This document shows, one piece after another, positions 19,296-28,551 of a stretch of DNA of 64,000 nt. The DNA is from an uncultured Nitrososphaerota archaeon (GTDB lineage: Archaea > Thermoproteota > Nitrososphaeria > Conexivisphaerales > DTJL01): assembly GCA_963842885.1 (NCBI GenBank), contig CAWJIE010000005.1:160001-224000 (forward strand). Reading direction: 5' to 3'. Below the pieces are notes generated by a model. The model made no database searches. It saw nothing but the letters and a program-made list of their open reading frames with translations, and was not told the origin of the DNA. The first letter of the stretch is position 1. The number at the start of each line of letters is the position of its first letter. The position numbers and the translations under genes are program-made.

Positions 19296-21230
19296 CTAGG
19301 GCCCGCCGTGGTCAGTTCCGGCCTCCCTCCCCTTCAGGATACGGAGCTGGCGCAGCTTGCCAGTGGGGAGGGCCCGGATGAACTCGTCTATGTGAAGGCT
19401 GTCCACGAAGACCTTGGGCGGCCCCTCCAGGTGAGCGGAGAACTCCCTCTTCATCTTCTTGCCGGCTTCGGGCGTCGGGAAGTGCCCTGGCACGAGTTCG
19501 ATGACAAGGATGCATCTCTGCACCAGGGCGCTCGCGGGCCCGCTGAAGAGCATGAGCTCTCCTTCGAGTGTGCCGACGCCGAGCGAGACCCTCAGCTCTA
19601 TCCCCTTGAGATAGTTTCTCTCCCCTTCGATCACGAAGCTTCCCTTCGGTAGGTACTGGCCGGAAGGAGCGCCCCTTAGCACCTGCTCGGGTTTGACGTA
19701 ATAGGCGTCGGCGGCAGTCAGGCCCTCCCTCCACGCCCGGCTGTAGGAAACGGTGGCCTCAGCGACCTCCCTGATGCTCTGCTCGCCCGCCCCCTGGCCC
19801 CCCTTCAGGATGAAGAAGGACGAACCGGTGATCTCGGTATGGAAGACGAGGTCCGTCGGCTCCATGTGCTTGCGCACGAGTATGCTGTTGCTCCCCGCGT
19901 CACGGCCTCCGATGGCGAAGTACCCCTCTGACGTGTAGAACCATCTGAACTTCTCGAACCACCTCCTCTCCTTCCTCTGCCTTACCACAACCTTCGCCTC
20001 TCTCTTCTTGTCGATGGAGGACGCGAGCTCCACTCTCCTTTTCTCGAGCCTTACCAGCGCCTCCTCCAGCTTGCCCGAAGAAGCCTCCACCTCCTTGGCG
20101 TCGGAGAAGATCTGGGACGCCAATGCAAAGGGCGAATCCACCCGGATGCGCCTTCCATCGAAGGACCAGCTCCCGGAGGCCCTTTCGAATCGGTAGGCGG
20201 AGGAGACTGCCTTGAGTTCGGCGGCCGCTGTCTCGTAGTCCTTCGACCCCGCCATGAGAGCGGAGGCGACGGCTTTGAGGCCTGACGCCCTAAGGCGCAG
20301 GGCTTCGAGCTCCTTCCTCTTGGAGCCGATGCTGGCTTCGAGCATCTTCAGGTCGTCGAACTCGGTCTTGACGCTTTCTGACGCGAGCCCCTGGACTACC
20401 CTGGGCGTGAAGAGATCGTCCATCGCGGCCAAGATGTTGGGGTATGGCTTCTCGATGACGGCGTCGCCAAGTTGGATCCTGACTGATGATATCTCGACGG
20501 GCTTGCCATCCGAGAGGTAGACGTATGCCTCGGAGCTTTTCGAGGCCTCCGCGACTATGGTGTCGAACGATTCAAGGAGGAGATCCACCTCTGAGTCTGT
20601 AAGAGACGTACCGGCCCTGCCCTTGGCAAGGCCCGAGCGCCTCAGGGCCTCCTCGACGATCCTCCGCGGTATGGCTATCCCACGGCCGAGAAGTCGCTCT
20701 ACGGGGTCATCGGAGCTCAGGACCCGCTTCAGCTCTTCGCGGCCGATCCTGCTCAGAGGGAGCGACCGAGAGATGGGCGGCTCATACTTGATCCCGGGCC
20801 TCACAGTCCGCCCCTTCACCTCCAGGGTGTAGAGGCAGGCGATCACGATGGAGGAGGCATCGAGGAGGACGATGTTTCCTGCCCCGAAGAACTCCCCCAC
20901 GAGGGAGAGCCCACCGTCGGGGTGCGAGAACTCCAACACCAACATCCTCTCCCCCTCGGGAGCCCTGGCGGCCGTGAACTTTGCCCTTGTCAGCTTCGCC
21001 CTGAGTTCTGACACGAACCTGTCCGCTGGGGCCCTTGGCAGCTCTGCCGAAGTGATCCAGGCGCCCATGCGGGGTGACACCAGGAGCGAGACCTCGGGGT
21101 GGTCGCTCATGTGGAGCTTCAGGATGACCGTCGACGAACCTGTGAGGTAAATGTTATTAACGTAATAGCCACCTAGGGTCGAATCGAGCTTGCCAGCCAA
21201 AGACCCAAACTCCAAGCCTGACAAATCCAA
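19296..21230 (-). CDS. rqcH: Ribosome rescue protein RqcH/NEMF (NFACT)
   Basis: GERML, GEFFGAGNIVLLD, WFEKFRWF, GGRDAGSN, GQYLPKGSFVIEG. Likely start TTG 21230 with upstream GAGGT. Confidence 0.9.
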   Translation of the reverse strand: MDLSGLEFGSLAGKLDSTLGGYYVNNIYLTGSSTVILKLHMSDHPEVSLLVSPRMGAWITSAELPRAPADRFVSELRAKLTRAKFTAARAPEGERMLVLEFSHPDGGLSLVGEFFGAGNIVLLDASSIVIACLYTLEVKGRTVRPGIKYEPPISRSLPLSRIGREELKRVLSSDDPVERLLGRGIAIPRRIVEEALRRSGLAKGRAGTSLTDSEVDLLLESFDTIVAEASKSSEAYVYLSDGKPVEISSVRIQLGDAVIEKPYPNILAAMDDLFTPRVVQGLASESVKTEFDDLKMLEASIGSKRKELEALRLRASGLKAVASALMAGSKDYETAAAELKAVSSAYRFERASGSWSFDGRRIRVDSPFALASQIFSDAKEVEASSGKLEEALVRLEKRRVELASSIDKKREAKVVVRQRKERRWFEKFRWFYTSEGYFAIGGRDAGSNSILVRKHMEPTDLVFHTEITGSSFFILKGGQGAGEQSIREVAEATVSYSRAWREGLTAADAYYVKPEQVLRGAPSGQYLPKGSFVIEGERNYLKGIELRVSLGVGTLEGELMLFSGPASALVQRCILVIELVPGHFPTPEAGKKMKREFSAHLEGPPKVFVDSLHIDEFIRALPTGKLRQLRILKGREAGTDHGGP

Positions 21231-21537
21231 GAAGACCTCGCCCCCGCAAAAGCCAGTAGGCATGGTTCCTCTAGATAAAGTGTACTGGGCACGGTGTGCC
21301 ATGGCGGTAGTGGCCGGGCTGGTCGCAGGGGCCACGCTCAAGAACCTACCCCAGCCCACAGGAGGGCTGAGCGTCCTAATCGTCTTCTACTTTTTCAGCG
21401 TCCTCGTGGCCCGGGCTCTCGTCGGCGAAACCGTAGGCACTGAGAGACAGCTGTACACCCAGGGCGTGGGAACCTTCCTCCTTCTGTGGTTCATGGTCTT
21501 CTCCCTCTACACCACCTTCATCCTTTACCCCGCCTAG
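21190..21537 (+). CDS. EMC6-like three-TM membrane protein
   Basis: DKVYWARCAMAVVAGLVAG ... RQLYTQGVGTFLLLWFMVFSLYTTF resembles the EMC6/Rab5ip pattern. Alternative start ATG 21262. Confidence 0.65.
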   Translation: MPAKDPNSKPDKSKKTSPPQKPVGMVPLDKVYWARCAMAVVAGLVAGATLKNLPQPTGGLSVLIVFYFFSVLVARALVGETVGTERQLYTQGVGTFLLLWFMVFSLYTTFILYPA

Positions 21538-21822
21538 GCCTCTGACGTAGAGCAGCCAGGTCTTGATGTAGGCGAAATCTATGACATCCAGGAGGACGCC
21601 GTCTTGAATCCTCACCAGCTGTTCTGTGGACGGCATCGGCTTGCCGGCATCGGAGCCCTGCTCGAGTGCGGAGATGCCCTTCAGGGCCATGGAGACCCCC
21701 TGCTTCTCGCCGGCTGAGAGGGGAGACTCGGCCACTTTGGCGAGGGCAGATTCCCAGTCTGCCTTCCCCGCTGTCAACAGTTCCTTCAGCCAACCGTCAT
21801 CAAGGGTCAGATCAGACGTCAA
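21376..21822 (-). CDS. Hypothetical protein coupled to the RadA paralog
   Basis: Start overlaps the upstream stop (TTGACGTCTGA); helical composition. The C-terminal tail overlaps the opposite-strand gene and may be spurious. Confidence 0.55.
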   Translation of the reverse strand: MTSDLTLDDGWLKELLTAGKADWESALAKVAESPLSAGEKQGVSMALKGISALEQGSDAGKPMPSTEQLVRIQDGVLLDVIDFAYIKTWLLYVRGLGGVKDEGGVEGEDHEPQKEEGSHALGVQLSLSAYGFADESPGHEDAEKVEDD

Positions 21823-22534
21823 CTATCCCGGCGGGGCCGATGACGAACTCCGCCCTGTCGTGTGAGTCAAGGTCGATCGCAAGCCATCGATCCCCGTTCC
21901 TGCTCAGGCTAATCCGCGTGTGTATATAAGCAGCGGTGTGGTCGGAGCCTTGGGCTGCCGTGGTGTTCGTGTCGGGATTGTAGCGGACGCCGTTCGTCAC
22001 GACGACGAGAGTCCCCCTCGTCAGGGCGCTGTAGGCGAGCTCCCTGCAGAAGAGCGAAAGGCGGGCCGTGTCTCTGGAGAACTCGGTCCCTCCATAGAAG
22101 AGGTCGCTGAGAGAATCGACAAAGACGGCTGAATAGCGCCCTGATTCCAGGGCGGCCGTGACATCGGCAACCACCTTCTCGAAGGACTTTGCGCCAAGCA
22201 CGTCGACGTTGGAGAGAACGGCGTCGGGCTCCCTCTTCCGTAGCGTAGTGATTTGATGAACCCTCTCCGGACGGAATGTGCCCGCCGTATCCACGAAGAG
22301 AATCCTCCCCTTCTCGTCGGGGAAGTCGACGGCCAGAGTGAATAGAACCTGGGACTTGCCTGCCCCGCTGTCGCCCGAGAACTCGGTCAGCCTGCCGAAG
22401 GAGACGCCACCCCCCAGCACCAAATCCAGGTGCCTGGACCCCGTGCTCACCCTTGCGACGGGGTCTATCGCCCGGCGGTCGATTTCATGTCTCGAAGGAG
22501 GACCGCCAGCCAGGTTGTCGTCTTCTAGCAACAA
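21812..22534 (-). CDS. RadB/RadA-paralog ATPase
   Basis: STGSRHLDLVLGGG, GDSGAGKSQ, DTAGTFRPER, VDS, VTN; lacks the RadA N-terminal HhH domain. Confidence 0.85.
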   Translation of the reverse strand: MLLEDDNLAGGPPSRHEIDRRAIDPVARVSTGSRHLDLVLGGGVSFGRLTEFSGDSGAGKSQVLFTLAVDFPDEKGRILFVDTAGTFRPERVHQITTLRKREPDAVLSNVDVLGAKSFEKVVADVTAALESGRYSAVFVDSLSDLFYGGTEFSRDTARLSLFCRELAYSALTRGTLVVVTNGVRYNPDTNTTAAQGSDHTAAYIHTRISLSRNGDRWLAIDLDSHDRAEFVIGPAGIVDV

Positions 22535-22683
22535 GAGGCCTCCTGACCGGACGCTCTCACTCGAATCCGAGCTAAAAACGTATGCGCCTCCAGGTGCTCA
22601 GAGCGGGCCGCGTAAGATGCAAGATGCGAAGCAAAGCAGCCGACAGAAGGCTTTTATTAGTGTGGGTCTTCCCTCTTGGCAGC

Positions 22684-22950
22684 TTGAGCGAGAATCTCAC
22701 ACCCAATTCATCTATGAAGAAACCGCTTGTAGTTCTACAGAAAGCGATAAACAAGCCCGTGAGAGTCCGACTGAAGAACTCCGAGGAGTACAGGGGGGTC
22801 ATGGTCAACATAGATCCCTACATGAACGTCTTCCTGTCCGACGCCGCCGAGTTCGATGACGGTGGCTCTATAGTGACCAACTACGGCAAGGTCGTCATTA
22901 GGGGGAACAACGTACTCTTCGTGATGGTCGAAGAGGCCCTCAAGATCTAG
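22684..22950 (+). CDS. Sm-like archaeal protein (LSm/SmAP)
   Basis: VRVRLKN...YRG....DPYMNVFL and IRGNNV Sm1/Sm2 motifs. Confidence 0.93.
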   Translation: MSENLTPNSSMKKPLVVLQKAINKPVRVRLKNSEEYRGVMVNIDPYMNVFLSDAAEFDDGGSIVTNYGKVVIRGNNVLFVMVEEALKI

Positions 22951-23830
22951 GCCTCCCGTCCAGGATTTCCGATACGGCTGCCTCCGCTTCATAGCTTAGG
23001 CCATAGCGGCGGTTGAAGAATCGGACGATGTTCGTGACGTCCTTTCTCAGGTGGTCTCTGGCGTTCGGATGAGATTTCCTTATCGCTTGAGGCCAGTCGA
23101 TGAGGACCACCCTGTGCTCGGAGGTGATCAGAACGTTGTATTCGCTCATGTCTCCGTGCACGACGCCGGCTGCATAGCAGCCCTCGATGGCCAGAAGTAT
23201 GGATGCGAGCACGGCCTTCGCATCGTCCAGGGCCTTGACCTTGTACAGTGGAATCCCCAGCTCCATCTCCATCATGACCGTGTGGTAGATGAAGTCCTTC
23301 ACCTTGGGGACCGGCAGCCCGATTCCCTCCAGGCCCTTCAGCACCTTCGCCTCTCTCGCAGCGGCCTGGATGCTGGCAGTGAGCCAAGCGTGCTCTTCGG
23401 AGGAGGCGTATCCTCTCTTCCTCTTGATGTCCCTGAAGCTTATTCGTCCGAGCCTGAAGAACTTGAGGGCGAAGATGCGCTCGTCTTTGTCCATGGCCTC
23501 AAGGACGTCGGATTCCTTGCCCACGGCGATGGAGGGCCCCAGCCTGGCAAGCAGGCCCACCTCGGCGTAGGAATGGAGGGCTAGGGCGTCCAGCCCTTCG
23601 CCAAGGAGCTTGTAGCCCTGCCTGTCTCCGTTGATGAGGCCTATCTTCTCCAGCTTTGCCAGGTGGAACTCGGCCCTCTCTCGGGGTTGGGCGCTCAGGG
23701 CCGCGACGATCTCCAACGGCACCCTGTCGAAGTTCTTCAGGGAACGAACGAATTCCCTGAGGATGACGTAATCCTCTCCTTCAAGGAGCTCGGTGGCCTC
23801 TGCCGCCCGCCTGACCTGTGACAAGCGCAA
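22940..23830 (-). CDS. rio2: RIO2-type Ser/Thr kinase
   Basis: N-terminal wHTH, GKESDV, KFFRLGRISFR, HGDMSEYNV, IDWPQ. Confidence 0.93.
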   Translation of the reverse strand: MRLSQVRRAAEATELLEGEDYVILREFVRSLKNFDRVPLEIVAALSAQPRERAEFHLAKLEKIGLINGDRQGYKLLGEGLDALALHSYAEVGLLARLGPSIAVGKESDVLEAMDKDERIFALKFFRLGRISFRDIKRKRGYASSEEHAWLTASIQAAAREAKVLKGLEGIGLPVPKVKDFIYHTVMMEMELGIPLYKVKALDDAKAVLASILLAIEGCYAAGVVHGDMSEYNVLITSEHRVVLIDWPQAIRKSHPNARDHLRKDVTNIVRFFNRRYGLSYEAEAAVSEILDGRPRS

Positions 23831-23912
23831 CTTGCCTCGGCTGGACCTGCCTTAAAAGAGTAAGCGTGATGAGCCTCCACAAGACAGTTAAGCATGGTCG
23901 GTTGGCTCGGAC

Positions 23913-24692
23913 ATGGACAGGATGTTCGAACCTCATACGCGAGCGACCAGGATCGCGTACGGAGCCGTCTTCGCAGCGCTGGTCGCAGCCAGCACCAGCG
24001 TGCTGAATATCAGTATTCCGTCGACGAGGGGCTACTTCAATCTCGGCGACCTGATGGTCTACACCACGGCCATCCTGACGGGCCCCTTGGTGGGAGGGCT
24101 GGCAGGGGGGGTTGGCTCCGCCCTTTCGGACACGCTCCTGACGTACTACACGTACGCGCCTGGGACCTTGGTAATCAAGGGATTGGAGGGGCTCATCGTG
24201 GGCTACCTCTTCAAGAAACGGGACTCGCCCACCATCGAGAGGCATTGGAGGGCGGTGACGCTAGTGATGAGCGCTGTGCTCTTCCTCCTCATCGCCTCCA
24301 TGGACTCTTTCTACTATTCAGGAGGGCTCAGCCTCGGGACCAACTTCGTGGGGATGATGACGGGGGGATACTCATATAGTGCCTACTTCGACGTCTGGCT
24401 CTTGGGCGGTGCCGTTGCGGCCGTACTCGTTGCCTACTGGGGGCTCAGATCGGAGCCGAGGCTTGGGTGGAAATCCCTCAGCATAGTTGTAGGTGGGGCG
24501 GAGATGGTGGCGGGATATTTCACCTATGAGGTGTCCGTGCTCGGAGTGCCCGTTCCGGCGGCTCTGGTGGAGGTCCCCGTCAACGTCGCCCAACTGGTCT
24601 TCGGCCTAGTCGGCGCTCTCTTCCTGACAGAGGGTGTGGCGGCAGTTTTCAAGAGGCCTTCTGCCCGGACCCCGCGACCACAGCCTCGATGA
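23913..24692 (+). CDS. ECF transporter S component
   Basis: TRGYFNLGD, GGVGSALSD, YAPGTLVIKGLEG, EVPVN..Q; extra internal TM segments. Confidence 0.85.
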   Translation: MDRMFEPHTRATRIAYGAVFAALVAASTSVLNISIPSTRGYFNLGDLMVYTTAILTGPLVGGLAGGVGSALSDTLLTYYTYAPGTLVIKGLEGLIVGYLFKKRDSPTIERHWRAVTLVMSAVLFLLIASMDSFYYSGGLSLGTNFVGMMTGGYSYSAYFDVWLLGGAVAAVLVAYWGLRSEPRLGWKSLSIVVGGAEMVAGYFTYEVSVLGVPVPAALVEVPVNVAQLVFGLVGALFLTEGVAAVFKRPSARTPRPQPR

Positions 24693-26281
24693 AGGCCTCG
24701 AAAACCTGTTCTGGTGCGCCGGGTCGGCTGGAGAACTCCGGGTGGAACTGCGTCGCCATGTAGAACCTGTTGCTAGGGAACTCCAGTATCTCGGCCCTCA
24801 GCCCGCCGTCGCTGAAGCCAGAATAGACGGCACCCTTCTCTTCGAGGAGCGGGCGGAGCTTGGGGTTGATTTCGAAACGGTGCCTGTGCCTCCTCCGTAT
24901 GACGTCGCTCCCATAAATACGGCGTGCCTTGGTGCCGTCCTATGAGCTTGATGTCGTGTCCTCCCAGCCGCATGGTGCCGCCCATGTCGCTGACGGACGC
25001 CTGCTCGGGGAGGAGATCCACCACCGGCTCCGGCGTGTCCGGGTCCAGCTCGGTCGAGTTGGCCCTCTTCAATCCCACCACGGAGCGGGCGAAGGCGACC
25101 GTGGCCAGCTGGAAGCCGAAGCAGAGCCCCAGGTAGGGGATGTCGTTGATTCGCGTGTAGTCCGCCACTGCGATCTTGCCCTCGCTCCCACGCTTGCCGA
25201 AGCCCCCGGGGATCACAACGCCGTCGTATCCTCTCAACGCTTCAGGGCTCTCCTTCTCGAACCTCTCGGAGTCTATCCATTCCAGCTTCAGTCCCACCTT
25301 CAGGTCGGCGGCCGCGTGATGGAGGGAGTGGTTAACGCTGACGTAGCTGTCAGCCAAGTTCACGTACTTCCCCACCATCGCGACACGCATCGTCCTCGAA
25401 TATTCGATGAAACCCGAAACCACGTCGGGCCAGTTGCCCCACCTCACTTCGCGCTGGGGAAGCTGGAGCCTCCTGAAGAGGGGCTTCAGGATGCCGTCCT
25501 TGGCGAGCACGCCGGGCAGGAGGTAAACGGACTTCAGGTCCGGGTTGGATATCACCGCATCGGAATCGACGCTGGTGAAGAGGGAGATCTTCTTCTTCGC
25601 TTCCACAGGAAGCTCCGTCTTGCTTCTTACCACTATGATGTCGGGCTGGATGCCAATCCTTCTCAGCTCCTGGACGCTGTGCTGGGTCGGCTTCGTCTTG
25701 ATCTCGCCCACGGGGTCGAGGGTGGGGGCGAGGGTGACGTGGATGAAGAGAGTGCCATCGGGACCCTCCTCCATCTTCATCTGACGGAAGGCCTCCAGGA
25801 ATGGGAGGCTCTCCATGTCGCCCACGGTGCCGCCGCATTCCACGAGGAGCACGTCGACGCCGCTGGAAGTCGCCAGCTCGCGAAGCCTCTTCTTGATCTC
25901 GTCGGATATGTGGGGGATGATCTGGACACAGCTTCCTAGGTAGTTCCCCTTGCGCTCCGCCCTGATTACCTCCTGGTAGACCTGACCGGTAGTGATGTTG
26001 TGCTGGCGCGTGAGGTTGGCGTTGAGAAAGCGTTCGTACGTCCCCAGGTCCATGTCGCATTCGCCGCCGTCGTCAGTGACAAAGACTTCGCCATGGACGA
26101 TGGGATTCATCGTCCCCGCATCCACGTTCAGATACGGGTCGATCTTGGCGATCGTGACCTTGAGGCCGGCCATCTGGAGGAGCTTGGCGGTTGAAGCGAC
26201 GGTGGCTCCCTTCCCGAGACCCGACATAACACCTCCGGTGACGAAAACAAACTTCGGTTTCCGAAAAATGTCTTCCGGCAC
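24649..26281 (-). CDS. pyrG: CTP synthase (apparent +1 frameshift near 24939)
   Basis: TGGVMSGLGKG, KIDPYLNVDAGTM, KTKPTQHSV, GLCFGFQ. RHRHRFE and TQFHPEF continue in the shifted frame to TGA at 24649. Confidence 0.96.
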
Positions 26282-26322
26282 AGAATATCTACTGGAGAGA
26301 TATTCTTAAACCCTTTCCCGGT

Positions 26323-27294
26323 TCACTTCACGAAAGGATAGAGCATCTCGGCGAGGTCGGCGATGTCGACCAGGAGGCGCCTGATGTCCTCCAGCCGGTC
26401 GGCCACCTGGACGAGGGGCGCGTCCCTCCTCATCTCTTCGAGGAACTCCTCCGCGTCGTTGGCCTTGGCCAGGAAGGAGGGGTAGGTGGTCCCCTTCCCT
26501 CCGAGGAAGTAGGACGTCGCCATGTCGTGGAGCTCCGCCAGCCTGGAAGCCGTTTCTGCGAACATGCGCCTCTTCGCCTTGTCGACGGGCAGGAGCGGCT
26601 TCAGATGAGAGGCTAACGCGAACGAATGGTCCCCAAGCAGCTCGACATGGTGCGACGCCAGCCGATAGTCCAGGCACTGCACGTTGGTCAGCCCGAGCTT
26701 CGCCGCCATCCTGGTGTCGGCCATCGTGCTTCTGAGAAGTCGGACCATCAAGAAGAAGAGGCGGTTCACTTCTACGTCTCTCTGCATCACGTCGTCCAGC
26801 AGCGAAGGGTCGTCGGCCGATGCGGCCTCAAGGGCGTCGACATACATGCTCCTCGCCAGGTTATTCATTCTGCGATAGAGCTTCTCAGGAGGGATGGTGT
26901 CCAAGTCTAGGAGGAACTGGAGAGTGAGGCTAATGGGCTCCTCGCTAACGACCTCCAGGCCGAGAAGGCCGTGGACGGACTCCCTGAGGTACCTCTTCAC
27001 CTTCGCCACCTGAGTCCGATCTCCGGCGACGTTGATGACGTTGTAGCCCAGGAGGTAGGCGGCGGTGACGTCTCGGACAACCGCCTGGGGGTCATCTCCG
27101 GCAGCCTTGACGGAGACGTAGCTCTTCTCCTCGACGCTGGCCACGTCCTTGGGGTAGACGAGCAGGGCGCCTGAAGGTGTCTCCTCCAGCCCCACCGTGT
27201 CGCCGTGCTGAAGGCGGCTCTTGACGACCCAGACTTTGGGGAGAGAGACCAACAGCGTGCCGCCTCCGAGCGACTGGAGCTTCCGGTATTCCAT
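26323..27294 (-). CDS. AbrB-PhoU phosphate uptake regulator
   Basis: RKLQSLGGGTLLVSLPKVW AbrB motif, AAYLLGY, PhoU helices (DVEVNRLFFL). Confidence 0.9.
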   Translation of the reverse strand: MEYRKLQSLGGGTLLVSLPKVWVVKSRLQHGDTVGLEETPSGALLVYPKDVASVEEKSYVSVKAAGDDPQAVVRDVTAAYLLGYNVINVAGDRTQVAKVKRYLRESVHGLLGLEVVSEEPISLTLQFLLDLDTIPPEKLYRRMNNLARSMYVDALEAASADDPSLLDDVMQRDVEVNRLFFLMVRLLRSTMADTRMAAKLGLTNVQCLDYRLASHHVELLGDHSFALASHLKPLLPVDKAKRRMFAETASRLAELHDMATSYFLGGKGTTYPSFLAKANDAEEFLEEMRRDAPLVQVADRLEDIRRLLVDIADLAEMLYPFVK

Positions 27295-27341
27295 TACGAG
27301 TTTAAAGTCGTTAGTACTTGTATAAATGTCAGTCGTGGGCT

Positions 27342-28418
27342 TCAGATGATCAGCAGGGACTTTGTGAAGTGAGTGAGAACCTGCGGCTTGTCCTTGACTA
27401 TAACCGAGTCCTCGATGCGCACGCCGTACCTCCCCTTGAAGTAGACGCCGGGCTCCACGGTGACGGCCATGTTCTCCTTGAGGATCTCCTGATCGCCACG
27501 TCTGATGAACGGTGCCTCGTGCACGTCAAGCCCGACGCCGTGTCCGGTGCCGTGGACGAAGTACTGCTCCAGCCCCTGCTGGGAAAGCTGACTTCGGACG
27601 GCCCTGTCGACGTCGTCAGTCCTGGCCCCGACCCTCATGGCGCCGATGCCTGCCAGCTGTGCCTGAAGCACGGCGTCATAGGACCTCTTCATCTCCTCCG
27701 AGGCTGAACCTATGGCGAACGTCCTGGTGGCGTCGACGACGTAGCCGAAGTACCTGAGGACGTAGTCGCATACGACGAAGTCATCCTTCTCCACCTTCCT
27801 CTCCGTGGTGTACGCGTGAGGGAAGGAGCCGTTGGCGCCCGCGGCCACGATCAGGGGGTTGAGGGTGTTGGCGTAGGCGGGCGGGTCTGCTTTCATCCGT
27901 ATCATCTCCTCGAGGATGGCCGCTGCAATCGTCCTTTCGTCGATCCCGGGCGACAGGAGCTCTGCGGTGACTTCGTAGAGCTTGTCCATCACCTTAGCCC
28001 CCTCCACCAAGTACGCGAGCTCGGCCTCGTCTTTCACCTTGCGGCTCGTCATCAGCGCTTCGGGGTCGGCCGTGAGGCCCGAAGGGAGGATAGACGCGAA
28101 CCGGTTGAACGTGACGACGTCCACGTCGTCGATAAGGGCCTTCCTCGACCCGACCTTCTCCTTGACCTTGTTCAGCATGTCTGCCCCACGGTCGCTGCCT
28201 ATCACGTTGACGTCAGGGGCCGATTCTCTCGCACGCTCCAGCTCGAGGGCGGGCACCACGATACTGGTTTCGTCCCCGGTGACTATGACGCTGGCCTCCC
28301 CCCAAAAGCCCGTCAGGTAGTAGATGTTCTGGGGTTCCCCCGCGAACACGGCGTCGAACCCCTTGCTTCGGGCGTAGTCCAGCACGTTGCGATGCCGCCG
28401 GGCGTAATCGACCTTCAA
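27342..28418 (-). CDS. Xaa-Pro peptidase (M24B)
   Basis: NIYYLTGF, DATRTF, HGTGHGVGLDVHE, TVEPGVY, GVRIED. Confidence 0.95.
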   Translation of the reverse strand: MKVDYARRHRNVLDYARSKGFDAVFAGEPQNIYYLTGFWGEASVIVTGDETSIVVPALELERARESAPDVNVIGSDRGADMLNKVKEKVGSRKALIDDVDVVTFNRFASILPSGLTADPEALMTSRKVKDEAELAYLVEGAKVMDKLYEVTAELLSPGIDERTIAAAILEEMIRMKADPPAYANTLNPLIVAAGANGSFPHAYTTERKVEKDDFVVCDYVLRYFGYVVDATRTFAIGSASEEMKRSYDAVLQAQLAGIGAMRVGARTDDVDRAVRSQLSQQGLEQYFVHGTGHGVGLDVHEAPFIRRGDQEILKENMAVTVEPGVYFKGRYGVRIEDSVIVKDKPQVLTHFTKSLLII

Positions 28419-28551
28419 GCTGATTCAGCGCGGTATGGGCTGCTTGACCGTAATTAGCCTTTCTGCCCTCTCGTCGCGGGACTTTTCTGATGCCAAGCCG
28501 CTACAGCTTAAATACTGTGGCGGCTGATTCCCCCGTAAGCGCGCAGCGAGC

